Shown: positions 1 to 13,726 of the stretch, piece by piece
Numbering within the stretch: position 1 is the first letter of the stretch
How the letters are laid out: each line of letters opens with the position of its first letter
DNA from: a virus
Lineage: Duplodnaviria > Caudoviricetes
DNA length: 64,000 bases
IMG/VR virus record: IMGVR_UViG_3300029928_000001
Coordinates: 114,420-178,419 of that record
Strand: one strand, 5' to 3'
Made by a program: the position numbers and the translations under genes
Notes under the pieces: generated by a model
Told to the model about the DNA's origin: nothing
The model's input: the letters and a program-made list of their open reading frames with translations, nothing else
Database searches by the model: none

Positions 1-13
1 ATTAGTCCAAAAG

Positions 14-42
14 AAAAAAGGAGAGATATTTAATCTCTCCTT
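14..42 (-). terminator. Rho-independent terminator after tape measure gene
   Basis: GGAGAGAT/ATCTCTCC stem followed by a T-run on the minus strand, directly after the TAA at 47-49. Confidence 0.8.
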
Positions 43-46
43 ATAA

Positions 47-3000
47 TTATTTGCGGTTTGCGTATTGCGCAGCGCGGTTAATGAGTGTATCGAATGCTTG
101 TTCGATTTCATTATGATTAACTGCGTTAGGGAATTCCGCATGAATTTTAACTTCTTGCGCAAGTGTCGACTTAGAGCTTCCCACATTGGCCGCACTAATA
201 TTCGATGAACCCGCATAAATAGCTTGTAAATCAATCCTTTGAACTACATCACGAAGAACTTCAATACCTGTTAAGAAGTTTTTAGTATCTTCCGCATTAA
301 GAACTAATTCTTTCTAATGGAGCATTGCTAGTTTACCTGAATTACCCCACTCTCCAGTATAGCCGCCAGAAGCAAATGTTTTAATATTTTTTTCAGTATA
401 TTTTACCCCTAAAGAATCAAAGAATTTTTTAGCTTTGTCTTTAGTTTTTGCTGTACTATAATGAAGTTTTCCATTAGAATCATAAATATAATAACCATGT
501 TTATTCATCATATTTTCAGCTGTATTATTATTCCAATTTTTAGTACCTGTAGAATTAGGATTTTTATTTGCATTTTCAATATATTTTTTTAAAGTATCTT
601 CATTTTTGCTATAATGTAATATTCCCTAATTGTCATATCCAGTATAATACTCTTTCTATTCTGCTAGTTGACGTACCCAAGAATTATATTTATCACTCTC
701 TCCTGTTAATCCATGACTTGCCTAATTTTTAATATCATTATTTGAATTTTCTGCTAATCTAATCATTTCAGAAATAGTATTAGTAATTTCTTGACGTAAT
801 TGAGCATAAGCTGTTGCTGCATCAAGTACACTTTTTGACATACTTTCTAAGGCAGGAATAACCTTCTTCGTTGCTTCTTCTTTCAAATTTTCTTGCTCTG
901 TTACTAAATTACTAATTTTATCCTTATAATGATCAGCATCTAATCCTAATTTTTCATATACGGCTGAAGTTTTTGTACTGTAATCTTGCCAAGCGGCATT
1001 TGATCCTGCGATCTATTCATCTGTTGCTTTTTTCCAATCGCTCCCTTTATTGATAATATTATCATATGCATGTACCCAAGCATCATCAACAGCTCTAGAA
1101 TCTGTTTCACCAGCAATCCTAAATAATTTAGAATATGTTTCCATAATTTCGCCATATTCTTTAACAATTCTTGTTTTTTCTACTTCTCGTTTCTCTTTAT
1201 CTCCTGCATATTCTTTGTCAATCTAAGCTAATTTTTCTTGCATTTCTTTTTCAGTCTAAATAATTTTTTGCCCATAATTATTACGAGCTTTTAATGCAAT
1301 ATTATACAAATCATTATTGGCATCATCTAAATCTTGCTGTGCATCTGCGATAGCGTCGCTATTAGCAGTATAAACATATCCATAATTACCTTCACTGTCA
1401 CGAGAAAGCCGAACAACACTCTTAGCATTCTGTGCTTCTTCTAAAGCAATTTGAGCCTATAACTATTTATATTTAGCTTGAGCAATTTCTAATTCTAAAT
1501 TACTTAATTGATTTTTTTCACTCAATTGTTTTACATAATTTTGGTATTCTTTATATTGCTATTTGGCCGCTGCATTATTCGTTTTTTCTAAATCCTATGT
1601 TGCTTTGCGTTGTAATTTAGTTAATTCATATGCTTGATTGACAGGAGTTAAATATTCATCCCAATTAGTCTAAATATTTTTTAAAGAATCTTCTAAGCTA
1701 TCGTATCCTAATCCATTAGTAAATGCATCCTCAAGTTTTTCTTTAAGCTAATCAATTGCATTTTCATATAAAGTATTTAAAGTCGTTAAATAATCTTCTG
1801 CAGAGCTTAACTACTAATCATAAGATTCTTGAACTTTTTCTGTTATCTCATCATAATTTTTTAATAACATTTCATATGTCTTATCATTTGCGATTAAATC
1901 CTAATAAGAACCTTTATATGAAGCAACATAATCATCTAATGCTTTTTTTGCAGTTTTTTGTTGAGCTTCATACATTTCATATGATCTTGTAGCAACTTCA
2001 TAATTACTTTTCGCAGTTTTACTTAAAGCTTCATTAATTGCATTAATTTCATCATATTCTTTATTTTTACCTAATAAATCCATAATCTTTAAATAATGTT
2101 CTAAACTACTAGATACATTATCAATTCGATCAGTATATTTATCAAGCTATTCTTGAACCATATCTAATGTTTCACCATAATAAGCTAACATTTGATCGTC
2201 TAAATCCTTCAAAGATTTAGCACTATCCAACGCGCCATCCGAAACTTCTTTAAGCCCTTCAACAAAATTAGCTTGTGAAATTTTTCCTTGCTCATAAGCT
2301 TTTCTTAAACTACTATATTCATTTTGATAAATTTTTAATTGTTGAGTTGTTTTACTAATTTCATTCTAGGAATTATTCTTATCATATAATAAAGATAAAG
2401 CTTCTGCGCGCTTAAAAACATTATCAGCAATTAAGTCTAATTTTGTCTCTAAAATTTTTAAATCACGTTCATTAATATCTAATTTAACTTCTACTTTATA
2501 ACTTAGTTTATCAAAATAGGTATCTTGTTGATTTCTTAAATTTTCTGCAATTTTTTCCTCTGTTTCAACAATTTCATCGCGGGTTGATTCAAGTTGAGTT
2601 AAACCTTCTGCTAATTTTTCATAAGCTTCTTTAATTTTTTCAACTTTTTTTTGAAGTTTTTCGTCATCAGGATCTTTATTTAATTTTTTAACCCAATTAT
2701 CTGCTCGTTTTTTTGCTGCTGCTAAAATTTCGTTATAATTAATAATATCTCCATCTTTATCTAATTTAACTGAAGAAATTTTACTACCAGTTAACTTATT
2801 AAAACTAGAAATTCGTTTATTTGCTGTTTTTTTATCTTGCTCAAAATATTTCTAAGCTAATTTATTACGTTGCTCTAATTGCTTATTTTCTTTCTCATAA
2901 GCTTTGATACGCTTATTCATTTGCGCAATTTTATTAGTACCATACAAGCGATCTTCTAAACTAGAAATTTTTTCAATCTTTCTTGCGGTATCATCAAGCT

Positions 3001-6000
3001 CATCATCAACTCTATGATAGCGCTTTGTCTTACGATCAACTTTGTCAGTTTTAGATTTTGAGCCACCACTGCTACCAGTTGTGCCACCTTTATTTTTAGA
3101 TGAATCATTATTTGTTAAGCCATTCGGTTTTTCAGAAATAGTCTATATTTGTGGACGGGTATTATCTCCTTTTTTATTCATATTAAAACCCCATGTGGTT
3201 ACTACATCATTAATTATAGTTTTTTCTGTAGGCTCTGTATAAGTTTCTTCCGTCCATCCATCAGATGAACCATATTCACCTTGAACAATTTCATGACGAG
3301 TTCGTGTCCCTGTATATGTCTAAGTAGTTGGCTAATCTGCAGAAACATACGTAGCAGAATACTTCATAGCATCCATAATAGAATCTATCTATGCTTCAGT
3401 GAGACCGGCTGCTATAATCATTTTATTTAATGAAGCAATAAATTCTTCTTCATTTACATCAATCGTACAATCTTTAGAAAAATCCCAAGCATCTAATTTT
3501 TCTTTTAAAGTGTTAAATCCTGTCTATAATTCTTCTGTTAATTCTGGATCTTCTAAATTAGTAGTAATATTAACTAAAATATCTTCATAAGCAGCATCAC
3601 GCAAAGCTTCAATAGCTTTTTCATCACCTTTAGCTGCTTTTTCTAATAACTCCAAATTTTGAGCATTCTTTTTGGCATCAAAAAAATCAGCAGAAATTGC
3701 TGTAGTATCAGTAATATCTAGCACATCACTCAAAGCTTCTCGTAGCCCTTGTAATGCACTATAATATTCTTCTGATTCTTTGGAACTTTTCTTTAATATA
3801 TCAATCCAATTTTCACTATTTTTAGATAAAGTTTCAACACCTTTATTCATACGATAAAGTGCAACAGCATAATCATTTGCAACTTTTTGATTGTCTGCTA
3901 AATTATCTGCAAACTCTGTACTTTCATCAGCAATTTCTTGAATATACTCTGCATAACCAGCCAATTCATCACTTTCAAAATCATAAGTTTCTGCGGCACT
4001 AGTTAAAAAATCTTGCCCAGCTTCAGTTGCCGCTTCGCGCAATTGTTCTTTAAAATCATCTAAATTAGTAACTTCAGATAAATTTGGCATCTCATTTAAA
4101 GCCTATTTTTCTAATTCTCCGATAGAACCTAAATAAGACATTGTATCATTTTGATCACTTACATAATTTTTAGAGTCAAACAAATCACCAACTTTTTTAG
4201 CTTGTGATACAGATAGTTCATGTGCAATTTCTTGAGACTTTTGAGTTAATTCATCAAAAGAACCATAAACATCTTTAATCCATTTTTTCGCATTTTCTTG
4301 TAACTATTTTAATGAAGCAGTTCCATCCTTGCCATATAATTTTTCATAAGCCTCTCTATATGCTTGACGTAAATCGTTTGCTTCGTCAGATTCATCATTT
4401 AATAATTCTAATTCTTGATAATTCAAATCACTAACTGTACTATCTAAAGACCCTAAAGCTTTGATTATTATATCACCTGACTCTTGACGAAGATCTTCAA
4501 AAACATCTACTATAGCCTTAACGGCTTCTCCAATGTCTTCATCTGCACTAGTTAATGTTGATGCTACAGTCTCCCATTTTATTGTTTGACCTTCATCAGA
4601 ACCATCATCATAAGTTAATCCATTATCATCTGTACTTTTTAATTTAGATTCTTCAATGCCTAATAAATTTAAATAATCTTTTGCCGATTCTTCTTGATTA
4701 GCCTAAACTTCTTTTAACGTTTTTTTATAATTTTCACCAATAGTATAAGTTTCTTGCAAAATTGCTTTAACCTATTCTGCATAATCATATTCATCTAATC
4801 CAGTAACTCGAAAAGAAGCAAGCGCAGAAATTTCAGCTTTTGTCTAAGTTTCATACTACTCAACTTTTGCTAAATAAGCAGCAAACTATTTTTTTTCATC
4901 TGCCGTTGGCTCAAGGTCATCTCCAGTAACTAATACAGATGCTGGCAATTCTGAACGCATTTTATCTAATTCAGCCTAACGCTCATTAATATTGCCAATT
5001 AAACTAGCCTACTAAGCCTAATAGACCTATTGATTCGCTTTTGCCTATAAATAATCCTAAATGTTATCTTGCGATAACTATTCTACTAAATCTTTTGTTG
5101 AATCAATCATTGAAGCAATTTCTGGATATTTTTCTAATATTTCCAAAGCAGATGAATTTGCTTCATTTAAAGCTTCTTGCCATTCTTTAGTACCTGCAGT
5201 ACATGCATCAATACGTTCTACAATTGAATTAAAATTTTCAAAAGTATTCTAAATATCGTTAGCAACAGATTTTGTTTCTTCTAAAGTAGAATTAAGTTCT
5301 TCTGCTGATTCTTGTGCCGCTTGTAATTTTCCTTCTGGAGTTGTTGCCTCCCAAGCATCAAATGCTTTTTTTACTAAAACAACAATTCCTACAAGAGCGC
5401 TAATACCTGCAGCTACTACACCTAATCCAATTAATAATGGAGTCATAGAAGCCAATAATCCAGCATTGGCAGCAGTTTGAGCAACAGTTAAATTAATACC
5501 TACAATTTTTGCAGCATTTTCTCCCAATAAAGCAACTTTAGACAATCCACGAATAACTAAATTACTTTCCTCAATTGTCTAACCTGCTTTAATTGCAGCG
5601 TTATAAGTAAGCGCTCCAGTAGCAGCAATTTTTAAAGTTGAAGCAAGCGTACTTATGCCCGTAATCACTTGTGGTAAAGCGATTGGCGCAACTGTTAAAA
5701 AAGTCATAAATTTTTCGCCCAAGGTTGCATCTTCGCTAGCCAATGTCTAAAACATACTAATTAAAGAACTTATTCCAAAAATTATTGAAGAAAGGGCAGT
5801 GCTTAATTGCATAATGGTCTAGCCAGTTGTCCCTAAACTATTATTCGCCTATTCTAATGTTTCTAGTATATGTTCTTCAATTTGTTTTTGTTTATCTGCC
5901 GCCTAATTAACATTTTCTTGTAAATTTCGCTATTGCTGTAATTTTGCAACAATAGCATCATAAACTTGCCCTATTTGACGTTCATTCCAATCAATACCTT

Positions 6001-8239
6001 CATTATTTGCGTATTGCATTGTTTCATTAATTACAGCTGAACGAGCGCTACGATCAATTAATCCACTTTGGGCTTCAAAAAAATCTGCTTGAAATGCCGC
6101 ACTTCGATTTCTTTTCCCAGAAGCTCTTAATCTATTATATACAGAATCACCAAGAGTGTTAGATCCATATCTATCACCAATATCAATTAATGCTTGATTT
6201 AATTCTTGATTATTTTGATTGCCACTATCTCGATATGCCTTAACGGCAGCCATAATTTCTTCTTTTGCTTTTTGGCTATTTTTAATCCTATCTTCAATAT
6301 TTGAAGATGCCATTCTAACCATTCTATCTTCTTCAGTAGTTGTGTTAAAAGTATGGCTATCATAAGCGTGACCCATTAAATTTAAAGACGCATCTTCAGC
6401 ATTTATTTTACTTAAATCAACCTACTTCTATAATTCAATAGTTTGATCTTGCAAAACTTTTAATACTTCTACTTCACTAGCAAGCTCTTTACTTTTTGAC
6501 GCGCCAATGATATCAGATATTTCTGCAATTTTTTGCTATAATTGCACCCTAGTCGCCATGTCTTCTGCCATTTGCTAATCAGTTAAATCAGCCTATGGAT
6601 TATTAGCAATTATATTAGCTTCTTCAACTGCTTTTTGCTATAATTCTAACGCCTATTTTTTTAATGTACCGTCAGCTAATTGAATACGATAAACTAATTC
6701 ATCAACAGATGCACTAATCTAACTGCCAAAGACTTTAAACATTAAAGTAGCTACTAATGGTAATACTGATTTTAAACCACCTATACGTTCAATAAAAGCA
6801 TCTAAGCCAGATAATAAATCTGCTAGACTATTATTTAGCTAAATAAAAAAATCATCGTCTAAAAGATCATTATATATGTCTTCAGCAGCCGCACGTACTC
6901 GCTTACGAGCTGCTTCCCAAGATTCAGCATAGATTTCAGCTTGTTCTTCTAAAGTACCATCAGCATTATAAGCAGTCTCTAAATTTTGTTTCATAAAATC
7001 CCAATTATCAAATAATGCCATAAATTGAGAATATTGACGAACACCAGCTACAACTTGAGCTAATGCTACTTTTTGATCATCAGCAAGTGTCGACCAAGTA
7101 GATCCGATATCATTTAAAATATCGTCCATATCTCTTAAATTGCCTTCAGTGTCTTTAATCTATACGCCTACTTTAGCAAGACCTTTAGAATATTTATTTA
7201 AATCTGTGCCGTCATCTAAAGTATCACCTTGCTGTAATCCTTGAATACGTGAAAATATAGTTTTTAATGCCGTACCAACTACATCTTCAGATTGACGTGT
7301 TCTATCTACAATGGTTGTAATAGCAGAAGTTGCATATTCAAATGATAAACCAATAGTATCAGCAACCGCTGCAAACTTTTCAAGACCACCTGCAATTTCT
7401 TCAGTGCTTGCCGCTGTACCTGCTCCCAATTTAGTCATTACATCGCCAAAATGTTCAGCTGCTTGGGTGCCATCTTTATTAAAGTTATTCCAAACAGCAG
7501 TCATATAAGAAGATACATCATCAACAGCTTCGCCCGTTACGTTTGCCATTTTAATCGTAGCATTTGTACGTTCTTCTACTTCACTATCAGACAAACCCTG
7601 TTGATAGAAAATTAAAGCAGCATCAGCATATTTTTTTGTAGTTGTACTAAGAGCTTGCGCAGCTTGGTTTGCTCGGTCTGCAAATTTATCCATTTCCTCA
7701 GCACTTAAACCACTAACTATTCTAATATCATTTAATGACTTATTTAATCCTTGAGCATAAGAATAAGCGCTTTGAATCGCTGATTGAACTCCGTGTATAG
7801 CGCTTGATGCAATTTGCCATCTTGCTGTATTTTTTAATGTTGTGGCAAACTCATCTAATAAACTTTGCGTCTATTTAATTGGAATTTCTGCTTGCATAAT
7901 AGATTGCGCTAATTGTCCAAATGCTTGTACTCCTGTTGGACCTAACTTTTCTAACTATTGTCTATAATAAGTTAAATCTTTTGCTCCAGACGATAAAGAT
8001 TTACTAAATTTTGATAAATCTAAATTACCAGTGTTTACATTTGTAGCTTGTTCTAAAACAGTTTTTAGCTAACTAGCTGCATTTTTAGCCTAAATTAAAT
8101 CATCAGATAACTAAGTAGCGCCCTTAATATTAGTACCAGTTGATAATTGTTCTAACATTTGCTATAAACTTTGTATCTAACTTTTCGCTTGGGAAGTATT
8201 TGCTGTAAAAGCTAAATTTACATTTAACTATTTTGCCAT
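47..8239 (-). CDS. Tail tape measure protein, ~2730 aa, many in-frame TAG (read as Gln)
   Basis: ORF fragments 314-511, 1901-2083, 3524-4090, 5249-5545, 5930-6376, 6839-7129 and 7160-7693 are all in one frame; the breaks examined are TAG. RBS AAGGAG before ATG GCA AAA TAG TTA; TP901-type TMP core (AAITTIVDRTRQSEDVVGTALKTIFSRI-like); ends TAA. Confidence 0.9.
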
Positions 8240-8280
8240 ACTATCTCCTTTCTCTCACAATATTTTTTACTTTGCAAAAT

Positions 8281-8320
8281 AAAAAATAAGGAGAAAGAGT
8301 ATTGTTACTCTTTCTCCTTA
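8281..8320 (-). terminator. Rho-independent terminator
   Basis: TAAGGAGAAAGAGTA/TACTCTTTCTCCTTA inverted repeat plus T-run on minus strand. Confidence 0.75.
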
Positions 8321-8355
8321 TACTCTCGATATATTTCAAAATTTTATTAAATCAA

Positions 8356-8868
8356 TTATCCCATTTTGGTTAATATATTTTTTAATAAAGTTAAATTTTC
8401 TGGGTTAGCAATTGTATTTTGAAGATTTTCTACATCCAAACTAAGATTACTATAATCAGAACTTATCCCATCTAAAATTCCATAAACCGAATTCTTATAC
8501 TCATAAATACTTCTAATCAATTCACTCACATATCCATGTACTTCTTGATATGCCTTAATTGGTACAATTTGATAAATTTCGCTTACTTTTAAAACATCAT
8601 AAACTTTAAAAATATTCTCCATTTGTTTTTCAGTAATAGAAATATTCGTATAAGCAAAAAATGTTTTTACAGTTAAAAATACATTAATCCTCATTGGATT
8701 ATAATATCCATTTTCATCGACAGAAGAATTTACTATATCTTGCACTAATTCAATTAATTCTTCTATTGGTAAATATTCTTTAACTTCAATAATATTTCCT
8801 TTCCATTCTCTTTCAATTGGTTCAGACTTTTCTTGAAGTTTTAATTTTCCATACGCAACTTTTGCCAT
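8356..8868 (-). CDS. Hypothetical protein upstream of tape measure (possible tail assembly chaperone)
   Basis: 170-aa ORF with AGGAGG RBS; function inferred from position only. Confidence 0.6.
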   Translation of the reverse strand: MAKVAYGKLKLQEKSEPIEREWKGNIIEVKEYLPIEELIELVQDIVNSSVDENGYYNPMRINVFLTVKTFFAYTNISITEKQMENIFKVYDVLKVSEIYQIVPIKAYQEVHGYVSELIRSIYEYKNSVYGILDGISSDYSNLSLDVENLQNTIANPENLTLLKNILTKMG

Positions 8869-8921
8869 TTAATTAGCCTCCTTTTTCTCTATTTAGAGTT
8901 TAACAAAAAATTTTATAATTG

Positions 8922-9944
8922 TCAAATTTTAAGATTTTCTAACAAATTATTAATAACATTATCAATATGTTGATTAATTTGATCTGTTGTATTTTCATCA
9001 CCATTTAAAAATAATTCCTATATTTTTTCTTGAGCCTATTTAACATCAGTACTTTGTTGTATCTTTCTAAAAAAAGATTCTAATTCTTCTAAATAATTAA
9101 TCAAAGTAGTAGCAGACATTAAATTTGCTGAATTTGTTTTTATCTAATTTAGTCCTACGTCTCCACCTTTAAAACCTTTTACATTATCATATTTTAACTA
9201 ATTTAAAAAGTATTCTCTCTAAAATTCTTCTGAAGAAATTGAATTTAACTAAGTGCCATATTTATTTATTGTTGCATCAAAAGCCTAATAAATCCATCCA
9301 CGATTAAATAATTTAAAACTATAGGCACTTCGTCCTCTTTTTCCATTTCCTTCGTTAGGCTACCAAGCGTAAGCTCGTTCTTTTTTGCCATATTTAGATT
9401 CTATTTCTTTGTTAATAATATAATTAGTTTTTGAACGACCAGGATGACGAAATTTATTAATTACATCAAAGTGCTTCTTAAATGCGTCTTCAGCTTTTGT
9501 ATCATGTTTTAATTTATTTAATTTTTCTTTTGAAAGTACTCCAGGTAAACGTAAAGTTGTTTTGTCACGATAAACTAAATTCATTAATTCGCTTTCTGTT
9601 AAAGTATATATTTTTACTTCATTTAATTCACCGCTACGATAATAAATTTTATACTAAATTTCCTAATCTTTACCTAAAAAATATGTTCTAACAGCCATAA
9701 TTAATTCATAAGATTTTTTTAATTCCTCTTCTAATTTTTTATCAATAATAGCATTTTTATTTTTCGTCCTTTTATTAATAGAATAAGTATTAACGCAATA
9801 TTCTAAAGTTTTCTTCTATAAAGCTAAAAGTTTTATTTTATTCTCGACAGTCGCATTAGCCCATTTTATTGTATCAAAAACTACATTATTAGCTACTAAA
9901 TCATATATTTCCTTTTTATCAGACTAATCTATATATTGCTCCAT
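8922..9944 (-). CDS. Hypothetical protein, 340 aa, TAG-recoded
   Basis: ATG GAG CAA TAT ATA GAT TAG...; open to TGA at 8922 when TAG is read through; contains fragment 9360-9584. Confidence 0.75.
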
Positions 9945-9960
9945 AGCTATCACCTATAAT

Positions 9961-9991
9961 AAAAATAAGGGGAGTTCACAAACTCCCCTAT
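9961..9991 (-). terminator. Terminator after tail tube gene
   Basis: AGGGGAGTT/AACTCCCCT stem plus T-run. Confidence 0.75.
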
Positions 9992-9998
9992 AAAGTTA

Positions 9999-10937
9999 TC
10001 ACTTAAACAAATTAGCCTATTCTGCTTCGAACTGTGCTTCGTAAGTTCCGTAATTGTGATAAGTACCAAGTCTTTCTACATCAGCAGTACCTGCTACGTC
10101 AACGATTTGAATAGCAGCTAATACTTTCTTAGTCTTATCAAATCTTGTATAATCTGGGAATGCATCCATAGTAAATGTAAATGTACTTGGATCTCCAGAA
10201 GAAGCAAGAGTAAAGTTAAAGTTAGATTGAATCTTACAGTTTGGAATAATAAATTCTGCCGGTAAATCTACACCATTTGTATCTCTAAATAATGTAGAAG
10301 CTTCTAAGTAATAGTTTCCGCCAAACTTATCCGGAGTAATTTCAATCTGTTGAGCACCAGATTTTCTTTCTACGTAATAATCTACAAGAACTACGCATCC
10401 TTCATAGAATACAGAAAGATCATCCGTAGATTTTAATGTAATAGTTTTTCCATCTTTAGTAGCTGGAATATACGGTTCGGTGACAGGTTCACCGTCAGTA
10501 GTTGCCATTACATAAATAAAATCTTCGCCTTCTTTGAAATAAGGTTCTTCGTCAAGAGTAATAGTAACACCAGTTACCTGGTCACCCACTGTTGCTACTT
10601 CAACAGCATCAGTTTGTTCAGTTGCATGAACTTTAATAGTTTTATTTTCAGAAGCTTCAATTAAACCAGCCCCAGAAAGAATCATGAATCCAGCAGGAGA
10701 AATAAGCGCATCTTCCATCGTGAAAGTTACAGTTCTTTCACCTTCCCATGCTACGAGTCTTGCGTTACCACGTCCGCCTTGCGCGTATACCGTAGTAGCA
10801 GCGCCTTCCATACTGGAGGTCTTTAAAGTGTCAAAATAAATGACAGGTTCATTTTTATAGAAAATCTTATTGCCGACTTTTTGAGCTGCTTTTGCTTTTA
10901 AAACAACGTTGCAAATCTCACGTGCACCGAATTTCAT
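9999..10937 (-). CDS. Major tail (tube) protein
   Basis: 306-aa beta-rich ORF (AQGGRGNARLVAWEGER, SSGDPSTFTFTMDAF) upstream of the tape measure; TAG at 10017-10019 would read through (+QANLFK) to TGA at 9999. Confidence 0.75.
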
Positions 10938-10956
10938 AATTTAGTGTCCTCCTTAA

Positions 10957-11679
10957 TCAATGAATATTTTTCATCCAATTATCCGGTTTATCTTCTGGGC
11001 TACCGCCCGCTAACCGAACTCGAATATCAATATCCCAATTAACATATAATGAATATCTCTCTAATAAATCATAAACCTAATACACAGTAAGCTATTTACA
11101 ATCATTAAGAGATAAATGTAATCCAATAGATAAAGTAGAAAGATACTAAGAAAAAACACTTCCTATAGTTCCACCTTTTTCTGCCGCAACTTTTTGGCGC
11201 CCTTGCATAATCTTATCCGCAATTGCCTTAGCCTAAGCATTTGCTGGATTAAAAGTTGTCTAATCCATTGAACTATTATTTACACAAAAAATGGTTTTTA
11301 TATTTTCTTGAAGAAATTCAAAACTATCTTCATCAACCATAATTGAATTTCCCTCAGAATTAAAAATGATTGATCTTGGAGAAAATATAATTTTATATTG
11401 TGGAAAAACCAACTGAAGTAATGAAAGGACTGCTTCTTTTTTATCAGCCGTCTCTTTCTCATTCATTATTGTCATAAATATCTGAAAGTTTGTTATATCC
11501 AATAAATCATTTTCGCCCGAAGAAATCATATTTTTATTTACTGTTAAAGTCTGTAACGCAATAAAAAAATCTTTCTCTCCTATTAATGCTATTTCTTTCA
11601 TAGTAGGCTAATGCGCAATTAATTGACATTCTTCTATTGGAATATCAGTTCCGCACATTAAAGCTAATCGAATATCCAT
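10957..11679 (-). CDS. Tail/neck-region protein, 240 aa, TAG-recoded
   Basis: ATG at 11679 (TAATG overlap with upstream gene), in frame with fragment 11260-11601, ends WMKNIH-TGA. Confidence 0.75.
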
Positions 11680-12293
11680 TATAACAAATCTTCTAAGTCT
11701 ATATTAGAATTATTAAAAATAGCGTCAAAGTTAGCGTCCATATCTTTTTGGTCTTTTGCATTAGGAGAATTTTTTTGATCATCATCTGCGTGAACTGCAG
11801 AATACATTAATGTAATTCCTGCAAATTCATCATTAAGAATTATCTAAGAAGCACCTAAAAATTCAAGAGTTCCTATACCACTTAAATGCTTATTATTAAA
11901 TAAGGTATCGATCTCAGCGGCGATTTTATAAGGCCGCAACTAAAAATCTCCCAACTCCCATTGATCCATATGACAAATAATATCAAAACTAATAACATTA
12001 TCCCTATAATATGGATTTGTCATATTAGGGGTAAAATTATCAAAAGATATAATAATATAATTTAAAACATCTTTATCTATATATACTTTAGGAATCATTC
12101 TAATATAACGCTCAGAAACTAATTGTGCATCCTATTCTTTAGTAAGATTAGGTTTATTTAAACAATCTTTTGTAGTATAATACAATAATTTTTTTAATCT
12201 ATTATTTTTTAGCATCATATCAATAATCATTCCCATGTCTTTTTCTATAGAAATAAAGCTTGACTTTGGATATTGATAAGTTAATTTATACAT
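11679..12293 (-). CDS. Putative tail completion/terminator protein, 204 aa, TAG-recoded (absent from ORF track)
   Basis: MYKLTYQYPKSSFISIEKDMG...; RBS present; length to TAA at 11679 is a whole number of codons; function from position only. Confidence 0.7.
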
Positions 12294-12312
12294 TCCTTTT
12301 TCTCCTCTATAT

Positions 12313-13422
12313 TTAGAATAATGACTCTACAACAATAGTTTTACTAATAGACTATTCTCCATTAGTAAATATTAAATCAAACTATCCGCTAAAAGTATTA
12401 TTCCATTTAATACGTATTTGCGGTTGCCCTTTATCATTTTTTGAGCACTTATAGACTACTGGTATTTTTTCATCTATCTTCCAGCTCCCATTTTCCATAG
12501 AACCAACAAATACGTAATTATAAACTTGTTTTGGTTGAATAAATCCCTCACCCTTGATTTCTTTACCAGATTCTTCAGGACGTAAAAGTTTACCCGATGG
12601 TACTTTACCATCTACAAGTTCTTTTTCTACATCATCTTTATCTTGATTAATGTAATATTCAACCGCTGTAAATTCAATAATACCTTGCATGCTATATGTG
12701 TCTGTTGCCTCTATTCGCCAGCAAACAGTATTTTCACCATCAGATAATAAAAATTTATTATATCTTTTACACCATTGCAAAGTATCTTTATTTTTTGGAA
12801 TTAACATATTTAAAGAATAATTTGGAACATCTAAACTTATTCCATTCTTTTGAATTGATTCAATTCTAGTTTCTACTGGACCTCGAATTGCCGCATAAGT
12901 ATAACGTTCTTCTCCATCATCATTTAACCAACGAATAATATAAGAACAACGTCTTATATCTCCTCTAAAATATGCTAATTCTGTTAAATCCTATAAATAT
13001 ATTAACCAATAGGTTCCAGTTTGGCACCATTCAAAAACAGTTCCTGGCTCAAAATTATATTCCCAACCTATTGAAATAACTTTATCATCATAATCTTGTT
13101 TAACTTTATTTGGATTAATAAGTGCCCGAGCTGGTGGCTAATCTTTTTCATTGTCCATCAATGGCACATAATCCTATATATATTTTTTAACGAAAGCCCC
13201 CTAATAAGAATATAAGACGGCTCTATCGAGTGTCCTACGCTTATCTTTTATCATTCTCGATTGCTGCGCGGGGCCGCCAGCTGCATACAGATGTTTTGCT
13301 AAAGCATTTACTCCTTGAACTGATGAAGGAGCAATTTTTGGTCTCTACAACTGTCCAGGTTGTATTCCCTAATCTTTTAAAAATTTATCCCAATAAAAAC
13401 CACCAATCTCATGCAAGTCCAT
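12313..13422 (-). CDS. Head-tail joining/neck protein, 369 aa, TAG-recoded
   Basis: AGGAGG RBS, ATG GAC TTG; in frame with 12382-12807; ends TAA at 12313. Confidence 0.7.
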
Positions 13423-13726
13423 TTTTAGCCTCCTAAATTAAACTAATACATTCAAAAACTGTTTTACGATAAATATCAAAATTAGGTTTTACAATTAATA
13501 TTCCTTCTAATTTAGACAACAGCTATAAATAAAGCGGGTTAGAAGAAAAAATTTCATTTAAACCCGCTATATCTATAATTACTGTTCTAAGTTGTTTTTC
13601 CCAATTTTCATTGTTTTCATGCATTGGAATTAATTTCCATAACTAATTTGTTAATCTAGTTATGTCTTTTGTTATAGATTCAATAGGTATGCAAAAATTA
13701 TACTTAGTATAAATTTCCTGTCCCAT
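13409..13726 (-). CDS. Small neck-region protein, 105 aa, TAG-recoded
   Basis: MGQEIYTKYNFCIP...LTNQLWKLIPM... open to TGA at 13409 with 3 TAG. Confidence 0.7.
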
